This document shows positions 32,045 to 41,050 of a stretch of DNA of 64,000 bases, in pieces. The DNA is from an uncultured Chloroflexia bacterium (GTDB lineage: Bacteria; Chloroflexota; Limnocylindria; Limnocylindrales; CSP1-4), in assembly GCA_963790915.1 (NCBI GenBank), contig CAWBQS010000003.1, positions 1,603,128 through 1,667,127 of the forward strand, given 5' to 3'. Both the position numbers and the translations under genes were made by a program. The first letter of the stretch is position 1. Each line of letters begins with the position of its first letter. The notes below the pieces were generated by a model. It did no database searches. It was given only the letters and a program-made list of their open reading frames with translations, and was not told where the DNA came from.

Positions 32045-32842
32045 GTGCGGTACCGCGCACGGGTCGAATATGACGGCACAGAGTTCGCCGGTTTCCAGGC
32101 CCAGCCTGGCCGTCGGACCGTCCAGGGAGAGCTGGAGCGTGCGTTGGCCTACCTGTACGGTGGTCGCCGCGTGAGGATCTCCGCGGCCGGTCGGACGGAT
32201 GCCGGGGTCCATGCCAGCGGGCAGGTGATCGCTTTCACCTGGCCGGGCGGCATGACCGGGAGACGGCTGGGTCAGGCGCTCGGGGCGTTACTTCCCCCGG
32301 ACGTCAGCATCGGGCCACTCGCACGAGTGGCTCCGGGCTTCGACCCGCGCCGCGCCGCGATCCGGCGGGAGTATCGCTACTCCATCTGGACGGGGCCGCG
32401 CAGTCCGCTGCGTGATCGCTACACCTACGGACTCGAGGAGCGCCTCGATGTCGAGGCCATGGCGGCCGCCGCCAGTCACCTGGTGGGGACCCATGACTTC
32501 TCGGCATTCGGGCGCGTCAGCGAACGCGCCGTGCGGACCCTCTACGAGGTCCGTGTGCGCCGGCAGGGCCACCTGGTGACGATCGACGTCAGCGGCGACG
32601 CCTTCCTGCGCCAGATGGTGCGCAGTATCGTGGCCGCTCTCGTCCGCATCGGGATGGGACGCGCCACCGCGGAGGACCTGGTGAACGAGCTTCGCTCGCC
32701 GGGACGAGCCTTCGCCGGAGCGGTCGTCCCGCCGCAGGGCCTCTGCCTGCGGAAGGTCACGATCGGGCCGCCAAGACGAGACACGACGACGAAGGAAGAA
32801 CGCAAGGGCCATGAGCAGGACCTACACGCCGAAGGCCAGTGA
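32045..32842 (+). CDS. truA: tRNA pseudouridine(38-40) synthase TruA
   Basis: GTG 32045 gives VRYRARVEYDGTEFAGFQAQ...AGRTDAGVHA (catalytic Asp motif). The 3' end overlaps rplM by 32 nt. Confidence 0.9.
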   Translation: MRYRARVEYDGTEFAGFQAQPGRRTVQGELERALAYLYGGRRVRISAAGRTDAGVHASGQVIAFTWPGGMTGRRLGQALGALLPPDVSIGPLARVAPGFDPRRAAIRREYRYSIWTGPRSPLRDRYTYGLEERLDVEAMAAAASHLVGTHDFSAFGRVSERAVRTLYEVRVRRQGHLVTIDVSGDAFLRQMVRSIVAALVRIGMGRATAEDLVNELRSPGRAFAGAVVPPQGLCLRKVTIGPPRRDTTTKEERKGHEQDLHAEGQ

Positions 32843-33260
32843 GATCGAACGTCGCTGGCTGGTCGTCGACGCCGACGGCCAGACGCTCGGCCGTCTCGCC
32901 ACGCGTGTGGCGCGGCTGCTGATCGGGAAGCACAAGCCCGGCTACGCCACCCACATCGACACCGGCGATCACGTCATCGTCGTCAACGCCGCCAGGGTCC
33001 GGGTGACCGGCAACAAGATGGCGACCATCACCTACAGCCGCCACAGCGGCTACCCGGGCGGCTATCGCGAGGAGAGCCTGGCCCAGCTGTTGCAGCGCCG
33101 CCCCGAGGAGGTCGTGCGCCGGGCAGTCAAGGGCATGTTGCCCCACACGACGCTTGGCACCCAGCAGCTGCGCAAACTCAAGGTCTACGCCGGCAAGGAC
33201 CACCCGCACCAGGCACAGCAGCCGGAGCCCGAGCCGGCAGCAGGAGGCGCGAACGCATGA
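32811..33260 (+). CDS. rplM: 50S ribosomal protein L13
   Basis: [30 protein letters not shown]...VKGMLP. Confidence 0.97.
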   Translation: MSRTYTPKASEIERRWLVVDADGQTLGRLATRVARLLIGKHKPGYATHIDTGDHVIVVNAARVRVTGNKMATITYSRHSGYPGGYREESLAQLLQRRPEEVVRRAVKGMLPHTTLGTQQLRKLKVYAGKDHPHQAQQPEPEPAAGGANA

Positions 33261-33655
33261 ACCAGGTCACCTTCCACGAGGGCACGGGTCGCCGCAAGAC
33301 GGCCGTCGCCCGCGTCCGGCTGCTGGCCGGAGAGGGTGAGGTCGTGGTCAACGGGCGCAGCCTGGAGGAGCACTTCGGCAACGCCGTGGACCTCAACGCC
33401 ATCCTCATGCCCTTCCGCGTGACCGGGACGGAGGGCCGCTTCAACGTCATGGTCAAGGTCGAGGGCGGTGGTCACCACGGCCAGGCCGGTGCCATCCGTC
33501 ACGGCATCGCCCGCGCGCTGCTCACGTCGGACCCCGAGTCGTTCCGCGCGCCGCTGCGCCAGGCCGGCTACCTCACGCGCGACCCGCGCATGAAGGAACG
33601 CAAGAAGTACGGCCTCAAGCGAGCTCGCAAGGCGCCGCAGTTCACCAAGCGCTAG
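33257..33655 (+). CDS. rpsI: 30S ribosomal protein S9
   Basis: ATGA overlap with rplM; [12 protein letters not shown]...[19 protein letters not shown]...[27 protein letters not shown]. Confidence 0.97.
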   Translation: MNQVTFHEGTGRRKTAVARVRLLAGEGEVVVNGRSLEEHFGNAVDLNAILMPFRVTGTEGRFNVMVKVEGGGHHGQAGAIRHGIARALLTSDPESFRAPLRQAGYLTRDPRMKERKKYGLKRARKAPQFTKR

Positions 33656-33687
33656 CGCGCAGCCGCCATCATCGACACAGCAGCGTG

Positions 33688-33709
33688 GGGGCCGCCGCCG
33701 GGCGGCCCC
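33688..33709 (+). terminator. GC-rich stem-loop after rpsI
   Basis: GGGGCCGCC (33688-33696), GCCG loop, GGCGGCCCC (33701-33709): perfect 9-bp stem 33 nt after the rpsI stop. Confidence 0.45.
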
Positions 33710-33749
33710 GACACCTGTTCGGCGCACACGCCGTGCCCCGTACGGTCCG

Positions 33750-34565
33750 ATGGCCCGGTCGGCGACCGTCTCCCTGACCATCGGTGCGTCGTTCCCGGCG
33801 GGCCGCTGCCTATGCTTCGATGACATGATCGACCAGGGCCCCGATCGCTACCGGGAGGCGCTGCGTCAGGGACACCTGGCGATGGTGCGCGGCCGTCCGG
33901 GTGAAGCCATCTCCCACTACGAGGCAGCCGCTCACCTGGCGGAGCGCCGCTCCCTGCCGCTGGTCGCCATGGCCTCGGTCTACCTGCAGATGCGTCAGCC
34001 GCGCGAGGCCATCGCCTGCTACGAAGCCGCCCTTGAGCGCAACACGTCCGACACGGCCGCCATGCGTGGCCTGGCGTTGGCCCTCGAGGCCGCTGGCCGT
34101 CCTGGGGACGCGGCCGTGATGCATGGGCGCGCCGCCGAGCTGGAGGCCATGGAGCGTGCCGGACGCACCGCCACGAGCCCCAGCCTGGACATGAGCCTGC
34201 GCGAGCTGGAGGGGCTTGTCATCGACGGCATCCAGGCCCGTGACGCCGACGACCTCGATCGTGCCGCCGCAGCCTTCCACAGCGCCGCTCAGGGCTATGC
34301 CGCGGCCGGTGCCCTCGACGCTGCCATCGATGCCTGCGTGCGCGCCCTCGAGGCACGGCCCGGCGCCATCGACGTTCACTTCACGATGGCCCACCTGTAC
34401 CTGCGCCGCGGCTGGGCAAAGCTGGGCGTCCAGCGTGTCCAGCTCATCGACTACCGCCTGACCATCGACACCGACCCACGACGTCGCGCCGCCCTGCAGG
34501 CCCTGGCGCGCGACTACCGCATGCTCGCGCCAGAGCTGGAGCGTCTCGCCAACACGGTGGTCTGA
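33750..34565 (+). CDS. TPR-like helical-repeat protein, function unknown
   Basis: ORF 33750..34565 with coding-type G/C third positions. Repeated A-x-x-x-Y/A-x-x-A-L helical-pair pattern (EAISHYEAAAHL, EAIACYEAALERN, MRGLALALEAAGR). ATG 33825 is an alternative start. Confidence 0.6.
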   Translation: MARSATVSLTIGASFPAGRCLCFDDMIDQGPDRYREALRQGHLAMVRGRPGEAISHYEAAAHLAERRSLPLVAMASVYLQMRQPREAIACYEAALERNTSDTAAMRGLALALEAAGRPGDAAVMHGRAAELEAMERAGRTATSPSLDMSLRELEGLVIDGIQARDADDLDRAAAAFHSAAQGYAAAGALDAAIDACVRALEARPGAIDVHFTMAHLYLRRGWAKLGVQRVQLIDYRLTIDTDPRRRAALQALARDYRMLAPELERLANTVV

Positions 34566-34666
34566 ATGGCCGGCCCTGCTCGCCGCCGATGGTCGGATGG
34601 GACGCGCTGCGGGCGGGTGGGCCACAATGCACGGATGCGCGTCATCCCCCGCACACGGCGCCCGGC

Positions 34667-35995
34667 GTGAACCGGCTCTTCGGCACGGACGGCATCCGTG
34701 GCATCGCCAACGAGGATCTCAAGCCCTCGCTTGCCCATGCCCTGGGGCGCGCCGTGGCGACTCGGCTGGTGGGCCCCGGCGGCGCCATCCTCGTCGGCCA
34801 GGACACGCGTCGCTCCTGCGACATGCTCGTGGCTGCCCTCATGTCCGGCGGCGCCTCTGCGGGTGCGGACGTGCATGTCCTGGGTGTCTGCCCCACGCCG
34901 GCCCTCGCCCACGTCACCGCCGTGGGTCCCTACGAGGCCGGCGTCATGGTCTCCGCCTCGCACAACCCGGCCGACGACAACGGCCTCAAGGTCCTCGACG
35001 GTCGTGGTCTCAAGCTGGACGAGGCGCTCGAGGATGAGCTGGCCACGCTGGTCATGCGCGCCGACGAGCTGGAGCACCCCACCAACTCCGGTCTCGGGCG
35101 CACGGTCGAGGCGCACGCCGCGCTGGATGCGTACCGCGAGCACCGCCTGGGCCTGGCGGCCGGCATCGGCTCCCGCCTGCGTGTCCGCGTCGACTGTGCG
35201 AACGGCTCTGCCTCCCGCCTGGCACGCGACATCCTTGCCGCCAGCGGCGCCACCGTGACGTCGCACTTCGACGCTCCGGATGGCACGAACATCAACCTCG
35301 GCTGCGGCGCCACGGCCCCCGGCGCACTGGCTGCCATCGTGGCCGAGCAGGGCGGCGATGTGGGCTTCTGCCTGGATGGCGACGCCGACCGCTGCGTGGC
35401 GGTCGACGAGCGAGGCCGGATCGTGGACGGTGACCAGCTGCTGGGCATCATCGCCCTAGACCGCCTGGCGCGTGATGCCCTCGCCGAGCGGACGGTCGTC
35501 GTCAGCATCCTCTCGAACGGCGGCCTGGCCCGCGCCGTCGAGGCCGCCGGCGGCCAGATCCTGCGCACGCCCGTGGGAGATCGCCACATCCTCGATTCCA
35601 TGCTCCTCTCCGGCGCCGGGCTGGGTGGCGAGAAGAGCGGCCACGTCATCATCCGCGAGCACACCAATGCCGGGGACGGCATCGTCACGGCGCTGGAGGT
35701 GCTGGCCATCCTGGTGCGCTCCGGCCGGACGCTCTCCGAGCTGGCGGCGGCCATCCCGCTGGACCCGCAGGAGCAGCGCGCCGTGCGCGTCAGGCACAAG
35801 GAGTGGCGCGCCGACCGCGTGCTGGCGAGGGCCGTCGCGGCGGCTGAGCAGGAGCTGGGCAGCATGGGCCGGATCGTGGTGCGGCCCTCCGGCACCGAGC
35901 CTGCCCTCCGGGTCATGGTCGAGGGTCCGGACGCGGTGGTGGTGCGGCGCCTGGCCGATGACCTGGCCGACCTGGCGCGCGAGCGCCTCGCGTAG
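34667..35995 (+). CDS. glmM: phosphoglucosamine mutase
   Basis: GTG 34667 gives VNRLFGTDGIRGIAN; active-site SASHNPADDNG; DGDADR metal loop; 442 aa. Confidence 0.94.
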   Translation: MNRLFGTDGIRGIANEDLKPSLAHALGRAVATRLVGPGGAILVGQDTRRSCDMLVAALMSGGASAGADVHVLGVCPTPALAHVTAVGPYEAGVMVSASHNPADDNGLKVLDGRGLKLDEALEDELATLVMRADELEHPTNSGLGRTVEAHAALDAYREHRLGLAAGIGSRLRVRVDCANGSASRLARDILAASGATVTSHFDAPDGTNINLGCGATAPGALAAIVAEQGGDVGFCLDGDADRCVAVDERGRIVDGDQLLGIIALDRLARDALAERTVVVSILSNGGLARAVEAAGGQILRTPVGDRHILDSMLLSGAGLGGEKSGHVIIREHTNAGDGIVTALEVLAILVRSGRTLSELAAAIPLDPQEQRAVRVRHKEWRADRVLARAVAAAEQELGSMGRIVVRPSGTEPALRVMVEGPDAVVVRRLADDLADLARERLA

Positions 35996-36001
35996 CCGTC
36001 C

Positions 36002-37831
36002 ATGTGCGGCATCGTCGGCTATGTCGGCACGGGGGCGGCGGCTCCCGTGCTCCTCGAAGGGCTGGCACGCCTGGAGTATCGCGGCTACGACTCGGCGGGC
36101 ATCGCCCTGGTCACGGACAGCGGGGACCTGTACGTCCGCAAGATGGCGGGCAAGGTGGCTGAACTGCGGACGTCCCTGGCCGACGGCACGCCGCCCTCGC
36201 GAGCCGGCCTGGGTCATACGCGCTGGGCCACCCACGGCCGCCCGACCGACCTCAACGCGCATCCCCATGCTGACTGCACGGGCGAGCTCGTGGTCATCCA
36301 CAACGGCATCATCGAGAACTTCATGGAGCTGCGCGACGAACTCCAGGCGCGCGGACACACCTTCGCCTCGGAGACCGACACGGAGGCCATCGCCCATCTC
36401 GTCGAGGAGGCGTACCAGGGTGACCTGGCCGTCGCGGTGCGTACCGCGCTGCAGCGCGCGCACGGTGCGTATGCGCTGGCCGTCATCCACAAGGGCGAGC
36501 CGGACCGCGTCGTGGGCGCCCGGATGAACGTGCCACTCATCGTCGGCCTCGGGGACGGCGAGTCCTTCCTGGCCTCCGATGTCGCCGCTGTGGTGGCTCA
36601 CACGCGCCGCGTCATCTACCTCGAGGAAGGCGACGTGGCCGACCTGAGCCCGGCTGGCGTGCGCATCACGGACATGGTCGGCCGCGAGCTGGACCGTCCG
36701 GTGCGCGTGGTGGACTGGGACATCGAGGCTGCCGAGAAGGGCGGCTACGAACACTTCATGCTCAAGGAGATCCACGAGCAGCCCGAGGCCATCCTCGCGG
36801 CCATCACCGGTCGTCTCACCGGACAGCGCATCCGTGTCTCGGAGCTGGCGCCGCTGGCAGACCGCCTCTCCGCCATCGACCGCGTGGAGCTGGTCGCCTG
36901 CGGCAGCGCTGCGTACGCCTCGGCCGTTGCTGCCCAGGCCCTGCAGGCGTGGGCTGGGCTGCCGGCTCGCTGGAACGTGGGCTCCGAGTTCCGCTACGAT
37001 CCGCCGCCGCTCGATGAGCGCACTCTGGTCATCTCGGTGACGCAGTCGGGGGAGACGGCCGACACGCTCGCGCCGACGCGCCTGGCGCGGCAGCGCGGCT
37101 GCCCCATCGTCGCGGTCACCAACACGGTGGGATCGGCCATCACCCGAGAAGCGGACGCCGTGCTCTTCCTGCAGGCCGGGCCGGAGATCGCCGTGGTGGC
37201 CACCAAGACGTACGTGACGCAGGTGGTCACCCTCCTGCTCGTGGCCGCCCAGCTGGCCAAGTCGCGCGGTCGCCTGGATCCGCGCTATGAGGCTGCCCTC
37301 GTGGAGGGCCTGCGCGCCCTGCCGGCCGCCGCCGCTCGTGCCCTCGAGCTCAACGAGGTCCAGGCGCGCGAGCTGGCGCAGCGCTACGTGGGCTCGCGCG
37401 GCTACATGTACGTGGGGCGCGGGGCAACGTACCCGGTGGCCCTCGAGGGCGCCCTCAAGCTCAAGGAGGTGAGCTACGTCCACGCCGAGGGCTACGCTGC
37501 CGGTGAGCTGAAGCACGGACCCATCTCCCTGCTGGACGCTGGGGTGCCCCTGGTGGCCGTGGCCACCCGGTCCGCCGTCCAGGACAAGCTCATCAGCAAC
37601 CTCATGGAGGGCCGCGCCCGCGACGCCCGGGTCATCGCCGTGGCCACCGAGGGCGACGAGCGGATGCGCGCCGTGGCCGACGACCTGCTCTGGGTGCCTG
37701 CCACCCTGGAGCTCCTGAGCCCGGCCGTGGCCATCATCCCGCTGCAGCTCTTCGCCTACCACACGGCCGTGGCGCGTGGCACGGACGTGGACCAGCCGCG
37801 CAACCTGGCCAAGTCCGTGACGGTCGAGTGA
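36002..37831 (+). CDS. glmS: glutamine--fructose-6-phosphate aminotransferase
   Basis: MCGIVGYVG N-terminal nucleophile, two SIS domains, C-terminal KSVTVE; 609 aa. Confidence 0.98.
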   Translation: MCGIVGYVGTGAAAPVLLEGLARLEYRGYDSAGIALVTDSGDLYVRKMAGKVAELRTSLADGTPPSRAGLGHTRWATHGRPTDLNAHPHADCTGELVVIHNGIIENFMELRDELQARGHTFASETDTEAIAHLVEEAYQGDLAVAVRTALQRAHGAYALAVIHKGEPDRVVGARMNVPLIVGLGDGESFLASDVAAVVAHTRRVIYLEEGDVADLSPAGVRITDMVGRELDRPVRVVDWDIEAAEKGGYEHFMLKEIHEQPEAILAAITGRLTGQRIRVSELAPLADRLSAIDRVELVACGSAAYASAVAAQALQAWAGLPARWNVGSEFRYDPPPLDERTLVISVTQSGETADTLAPTRLARQRGCPIVAVTNTVGSAITREADAVLFLQAGPEIAVVATKTYVTQVVTLLLVAAQLAKSRGRLDPRYEAALVEGLRALPAAAARALELNEVQARELAQRYVGSRGYMYVGRGATYPVALEGALKLKEVSYVHAEGYAAGELKHGPISLLDAGVPLVAVATRSAVQDKLISNLMEGRARDARVIAVATEGDERMRAVADDLLWVPATLELLSPAVAIIPLQLFAYHTAVARGTDVDQPRNLAKSVTVE

Positions 37832-38505
37832 TGCGTGACCCGGAGGTGGGCGTCGCGAGCCTTCCGGGCCCGCCGAGCGCGGGCACGACGGAGCTGGGCA
37901 TCGACATCATCCGGGTGGATCGCATCGTGGGGGCCCTGCAGCGCCACGGCCGCCGCTTCCCCCTGCGCATCCTCACGCCCGCTGAAGACGCCTACGTCCG
38001 TGACCGCCCGGAGAACCTGGCCGGCCGCTGGGCGGCCAAAGAGGCCGTCAGCAAGGTGCTCGGCCTGGGAGTCCGTGGCGTGGGCTGGCGCGAGATCGAG
38101 ATCGTCCGCCTGCCCACGGGCCAGCCCACCGTGCGCCTCCATGATCGCGCCCTGCAGCGCGCACAGCAGCTGGGCATGGAGCGCATCGCCGTCTCCATCA
38201 GCCACGAACACGAGTACGCCGTGGCCGTCGCCTTCGGCATCCGCACGCGTGGTGGCGCCTACGTCTTCCCGTTGGACATCGATGGCCGCCTGGACGATCG
38301 AGAGCAGCAGCTCCTGGCCCGCCTGGAACGTCTGCGCACGCTTGACGCGGAAGTGCGCGCCACCGAAGCCGCGGCCGCAGCCGGGCCCGACACCGGGGGC
38401 GCGGGTGGTGCCAGCACGGCCGAGCGCGATGCGGAGCGCGATACCGGCGGCGAGAGCGGGGATGGCCAGAGCGGGGACACCCAGAGCGGGGGCGGCGAGC
38501 CGTGA
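37828..38505 (+). CDS. acpS: holo-ACP synthase with about 95-aa low-complexity C-terminal extension
   Basis: GTG 37828 / ATG 37831 overlap the glmS stop. LGIDIIRVDRI...RWAAKEAVSKVLG...ISHEHEYAVAVA core, then a Gly/Asp/Glu/Ser-rich tail. Confidence 0.88.
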   Translation: MMRDPEVGVASLPGPPSAGTTELGIDIIRVDRIVGALQRHGRRFPLRILTPAEDAYVRDRPENLAGRWAAKEAVSKVLGLGVRGVGWREIEIVRLPTGQPTVRLHDRALQRAQQLGMERIAVSISHEHEYAVAVAFGIRTRGGAYVFPLDIDGRLDDREQQLLARLERLRTLDAEVRATEAAAAAGPDTGGAGGASTAERDAERDTGGESGDGQSGDTQSGGGEP

Positions 38506-39398
38506 GCGCCTTGCGGCCGGAGCCGCTCGACGAGGCCTACGCCACACGACTCGTGCCGCAGCGCGACCGGCGCGGTCACAAGGGCACCTTCGGGCGCGTC
38601 AGCGTCGTGGCTGGCTCCTTCGACTACGCCGGTGCCGCCCTGATGAGCGGCAGCGCCGCGCTGCGCGCAGGGGCCGGGCTCGTCAGCCTCTGGCTACCCG
38701 CCTCCCTCCGGGCGGTGCTGGCTGGGCGCGTCCCCGAGCTCATCACCCGGGCCCTGCCCGAGGTGGCGCCTGGCGAGGTCGACGCTCCCGGGGCTGCCGC
38801 CCTCGTCGTCGCCGACCCCTGCGACGCCCTGCTCATCGGCCCCGGCCTGGCCACGAGCTGGGGCACGACGCAGCTGGTGCTGTCCCTGCTCGGAATGGCG
38901 GGGCCGCCATCGGTCGTGGATGCCGGCGCGTTCGAAGCCCTGGCAGGGACCCCCGGCTGGGCCGACCGCCGCGCCCGTGAGCTCGTGCTGACGCCGCATC
39001 CCGGCGAGCTGCGGCGCCTGGGCCGCGACCCTGGCACGAGTGACGAGGAGCGCCTGGCCTGTGCCGCTCGCGCCGCTGCCGAGTGGCGGGCGGTCGTCGT
39101 CCTCAAGGGTGCGCATACCGTCATCGCCGATCCCGGGGGTAGCCTGCGGGTGGCGCCTTTCAGCCTGCCGCTGCTGGCCAGTGCTGGCAGCGGCGACATC
39201 CTGGCCGGCGTCATCGCGGGGCTCCTCGCGCAGGGTCTGGCCGCGCGGGATGCTGCTGCGCTGGGCGTCTACCTCCATGCCCGGGCCGCCGAGCGCCTGG
39301 GGGCGGAGCTCGGGGATGCCGGCCTGATGGCCACCGACCTCCTGGCGGAGATCCCCCGCGAGCGGCGACACCTCCGCGACCTCGCAGCGGCCTCGTGA
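38502..39398 (+). CDS. nnrD: ADP-dependent NAD(P)H-hydrate dehydratase (YjeF C-terminal-type, stand-alone)
   Basis: GTGA overlap with acpS; HKGTFGRVSVVAGS..GAALMSGSAALRAGAGLV, TPHPGELRRL, VLKGAHTVI, GSGDILAGVIAGLLAQG. Confidence 0.9.
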   Translation: MSALRPEPLDEAYATRLVPQRDRRGHKGTFGRVSVVAGSFDYAGAALMSGSAALRAGAGLVSLWLPASLRAVLAGRVPELITRALPEVAPGEVDAPGAAALVVADPCDALLIGPGLATSWGTTQLVLSLLGMAGPPSVVDAGAFEALAGTPGWADRRARELVLTPHPGELRRLGRDPGTSDEERLACAARAAAEWRAVVVLKGAHTVIADPGGSLRVAPFSLPLLASAGSGDILAGVIAGLLAQGLAARDAAALGVYLHARAAERLGAELGDAGLMATDLLAEIPRERRHLRDLAAAS

Positions 39399-40648
39399 CC
39401 GCCGAGCAGCAACGCCCGCTCCGCCGGGGCGCCTGGCTGGAGATCGACCTCGCGGCGCTGCGCCACAACGTCGCCGTGCTGCGCAGCATCATCGGCCCGG
39501 CGGGCCTGGCGCCGGTGATCAAGGCTGAGGCCTACGGGCATGGGCTGCTGGCCGTGGGTCGCGCCCTCGCCGACGTCGTCGACGCCTTCTGCGTGGCCAC
39601 GCTCGACGAGGCCATGGCACTGCGCCGGGAGACTGCCGCCCGGACCCTGCTGCTCTACCCGGTGCCCCCCGAGGCGGCCGCCGACGCCATCGCCAGCGGC
39701 GCTGAACTGACGGTCATGTCAGGGGCCGACCTGCGCGCGCTGTTGGCCGCCCTGCCCGTCGCCCCGGATGGGGCTCGGCCGCCGGTGCCGATCCAGCTGG
39801 CCCTGGAGACCGGTCTCAACCGCGGCGGCCTGCTGGCGGGCGACGCGCTCGACCTGGCGGCCATCATCGCGGCCGAGCCACGCCTCCGGCTGGCCGGAGC
39901 CTGGTCACACCTGGCCAGGTCGGATGACCCGGAGACCGCTGACCGCCAGGTGGCGCGATTCGAGGCGACGCTGGCGCAGCTGGCTGGTGCGGGCACGCCG
40001 GTCCCGGAGCGACACCTGGCGGCCACCGGCGCTGTGCTCGCGGCGACGAGCCCGCTCTACGACCTGGTGCGCCCGGGACTCGCCCTCTACGGCGTCGGCG
40101 ACCCGGACCTGCCCATCGCGCCTGCGCTCGCCGACGCCGCTGCGGCCCTGCGCACGGCCATGGCGCTCAAGGCCCGCGCGGCCGCCTACTGCGAGGTGCC
40201 GACCGGGGACGGCGTGGGCTATGGGGGTCGCTGGCGCGCCGAGCGTCCCAGCCGCATCGCCATCCTGCCGGTCGGCTATGCAGACGGCTACCTGCGCGGT
40301 GCCCAGCCAGGTGCTGTGGCCCTCGTGCGCGGCACCCGCGTGCCGCTCGTAGGCGTCATCTCGATGGACGCTCTGGCCGTGGACGTCACCGACCTGCCCG
40401 GCCTCGACGAACGCGACGAGTTCGTGCTCATGGGCAGCCAGGGCCACGAGCGCATCACGGCCGGCGAACTGGCGCGCGCGCGCAACACCATCCCCTGGGA
40501 GGTCCTCTCCAGCATGGCCGCGCGCCTGGACCGGGTGTACCATGCGCAAGCCGGTGGGGCGGACGGGCTCCCAGCCGCCGGCGCCGTGCCACACGTGCTG
40601 CCGCACATCGCGCGACCCGGGGATAGAGGGCCCGGACGTGCAGGATGA
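39395..40648 (+). CDS. alr: alanine racemase
   Basis: GTGA overlap with nnrD; AWLEIDLAALRHN, PLP-lysine motif VIKAEAYGHG, VGYADGY, ISMD. Confidence 0.95.
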   Translation: MTAEQQRPLRRGAWLEIDLAALRHNVAVLRSIIGPAGLAPVIKAEAYGHGLLAVGRALADVVDAFCVATLDEAMALRRETAARTLLLYPVPPEAAADAIASGAELTVMSGADLRALLAALPVAPDGARPPVPIQLALETGLNRGGLLAGDALDLAAIIAAEPRLRLAGAWSHLARSDDPETADRQVARFEATLAQLAGAGTPVPERHLAATGAVLAATSPLYDLVRPGLALYGVGDPDLPIAPALADAAAALRTAMALKARAAAYCEVPTGDGVGYGGRWRAERPSRIAILPVGYADGYLRGAQPGAVALVRGTRVPLVGVISMDALAVDVTDLPGLDERDEFVLMGSQGHERITAGELARARNTIPWEVLSSMAARLDRVYHAQAGGADGLPAAGAVPHVLPHIARPGDRGPGRAG

Positions 40649-40681
40649 TGGGCTGGCGCATGCCCAGAGGAGGGGTTCGGG

Positions 40682-41002
40682 TTGCTTCGATCGCCCGCCA
40701 CGCATGATCTTCCGCTCGATCCGCGGGACGTCGGCCGCCTCGATGATGAGGACGCCGTCGAAGCGGTCGCGCGTGTCATCCAGCTGCGCGGTGCGACCGT
40801 GCCTGCCGTCTTCTTCCTGGAGGCCAACCGCGGCCTGGGGACCCTCGACGGCCTGGGCATGCTGTTGTTCGACCCGGTCCTTCGCGGTGTGTTCGGTGGC
40901 GACGTCCCGGGCGCTCGCAGCCTGCTCGCCGACGACGATGGCATCGAGCGCCTCATCGATCGACTCGAGGAGCTCGAGGCGGAGGTCGGGCTCGACGCCT
41001 GA
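40682..41002 (+). CDS. hypothetical small acidic protein (106 aa), cassette gene A
   Basis: TTG 40682 is 8 nt after GAGGAGG (40667-40673). Almost every codon ends in G/C, whereas the overlapping ORF 40542..41054 does not. No family recognised. Confidence 0.6.
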   Translation: MLRSPATHDLPLDPRDVGRLDDEDAVEAVARVIQLRGATVPAVFFLEANRGLGTLDGLGMLLFDPVLRGVFGGDVPGARSLLADDDGIERLIDRLEELEAEVGLDA

Positions 41003-41050
41003 GCCGTCCGCGGCACCGGGACACCGGCTTCACGGCTACCATTCCTCTCC

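Noticed and set aside
35996-36001. glmS ribozyme upstream of glmS.
   Set aside because: glmS starts 6 nt after the glmM stop, which leaves no room for a ribozyme or leader.
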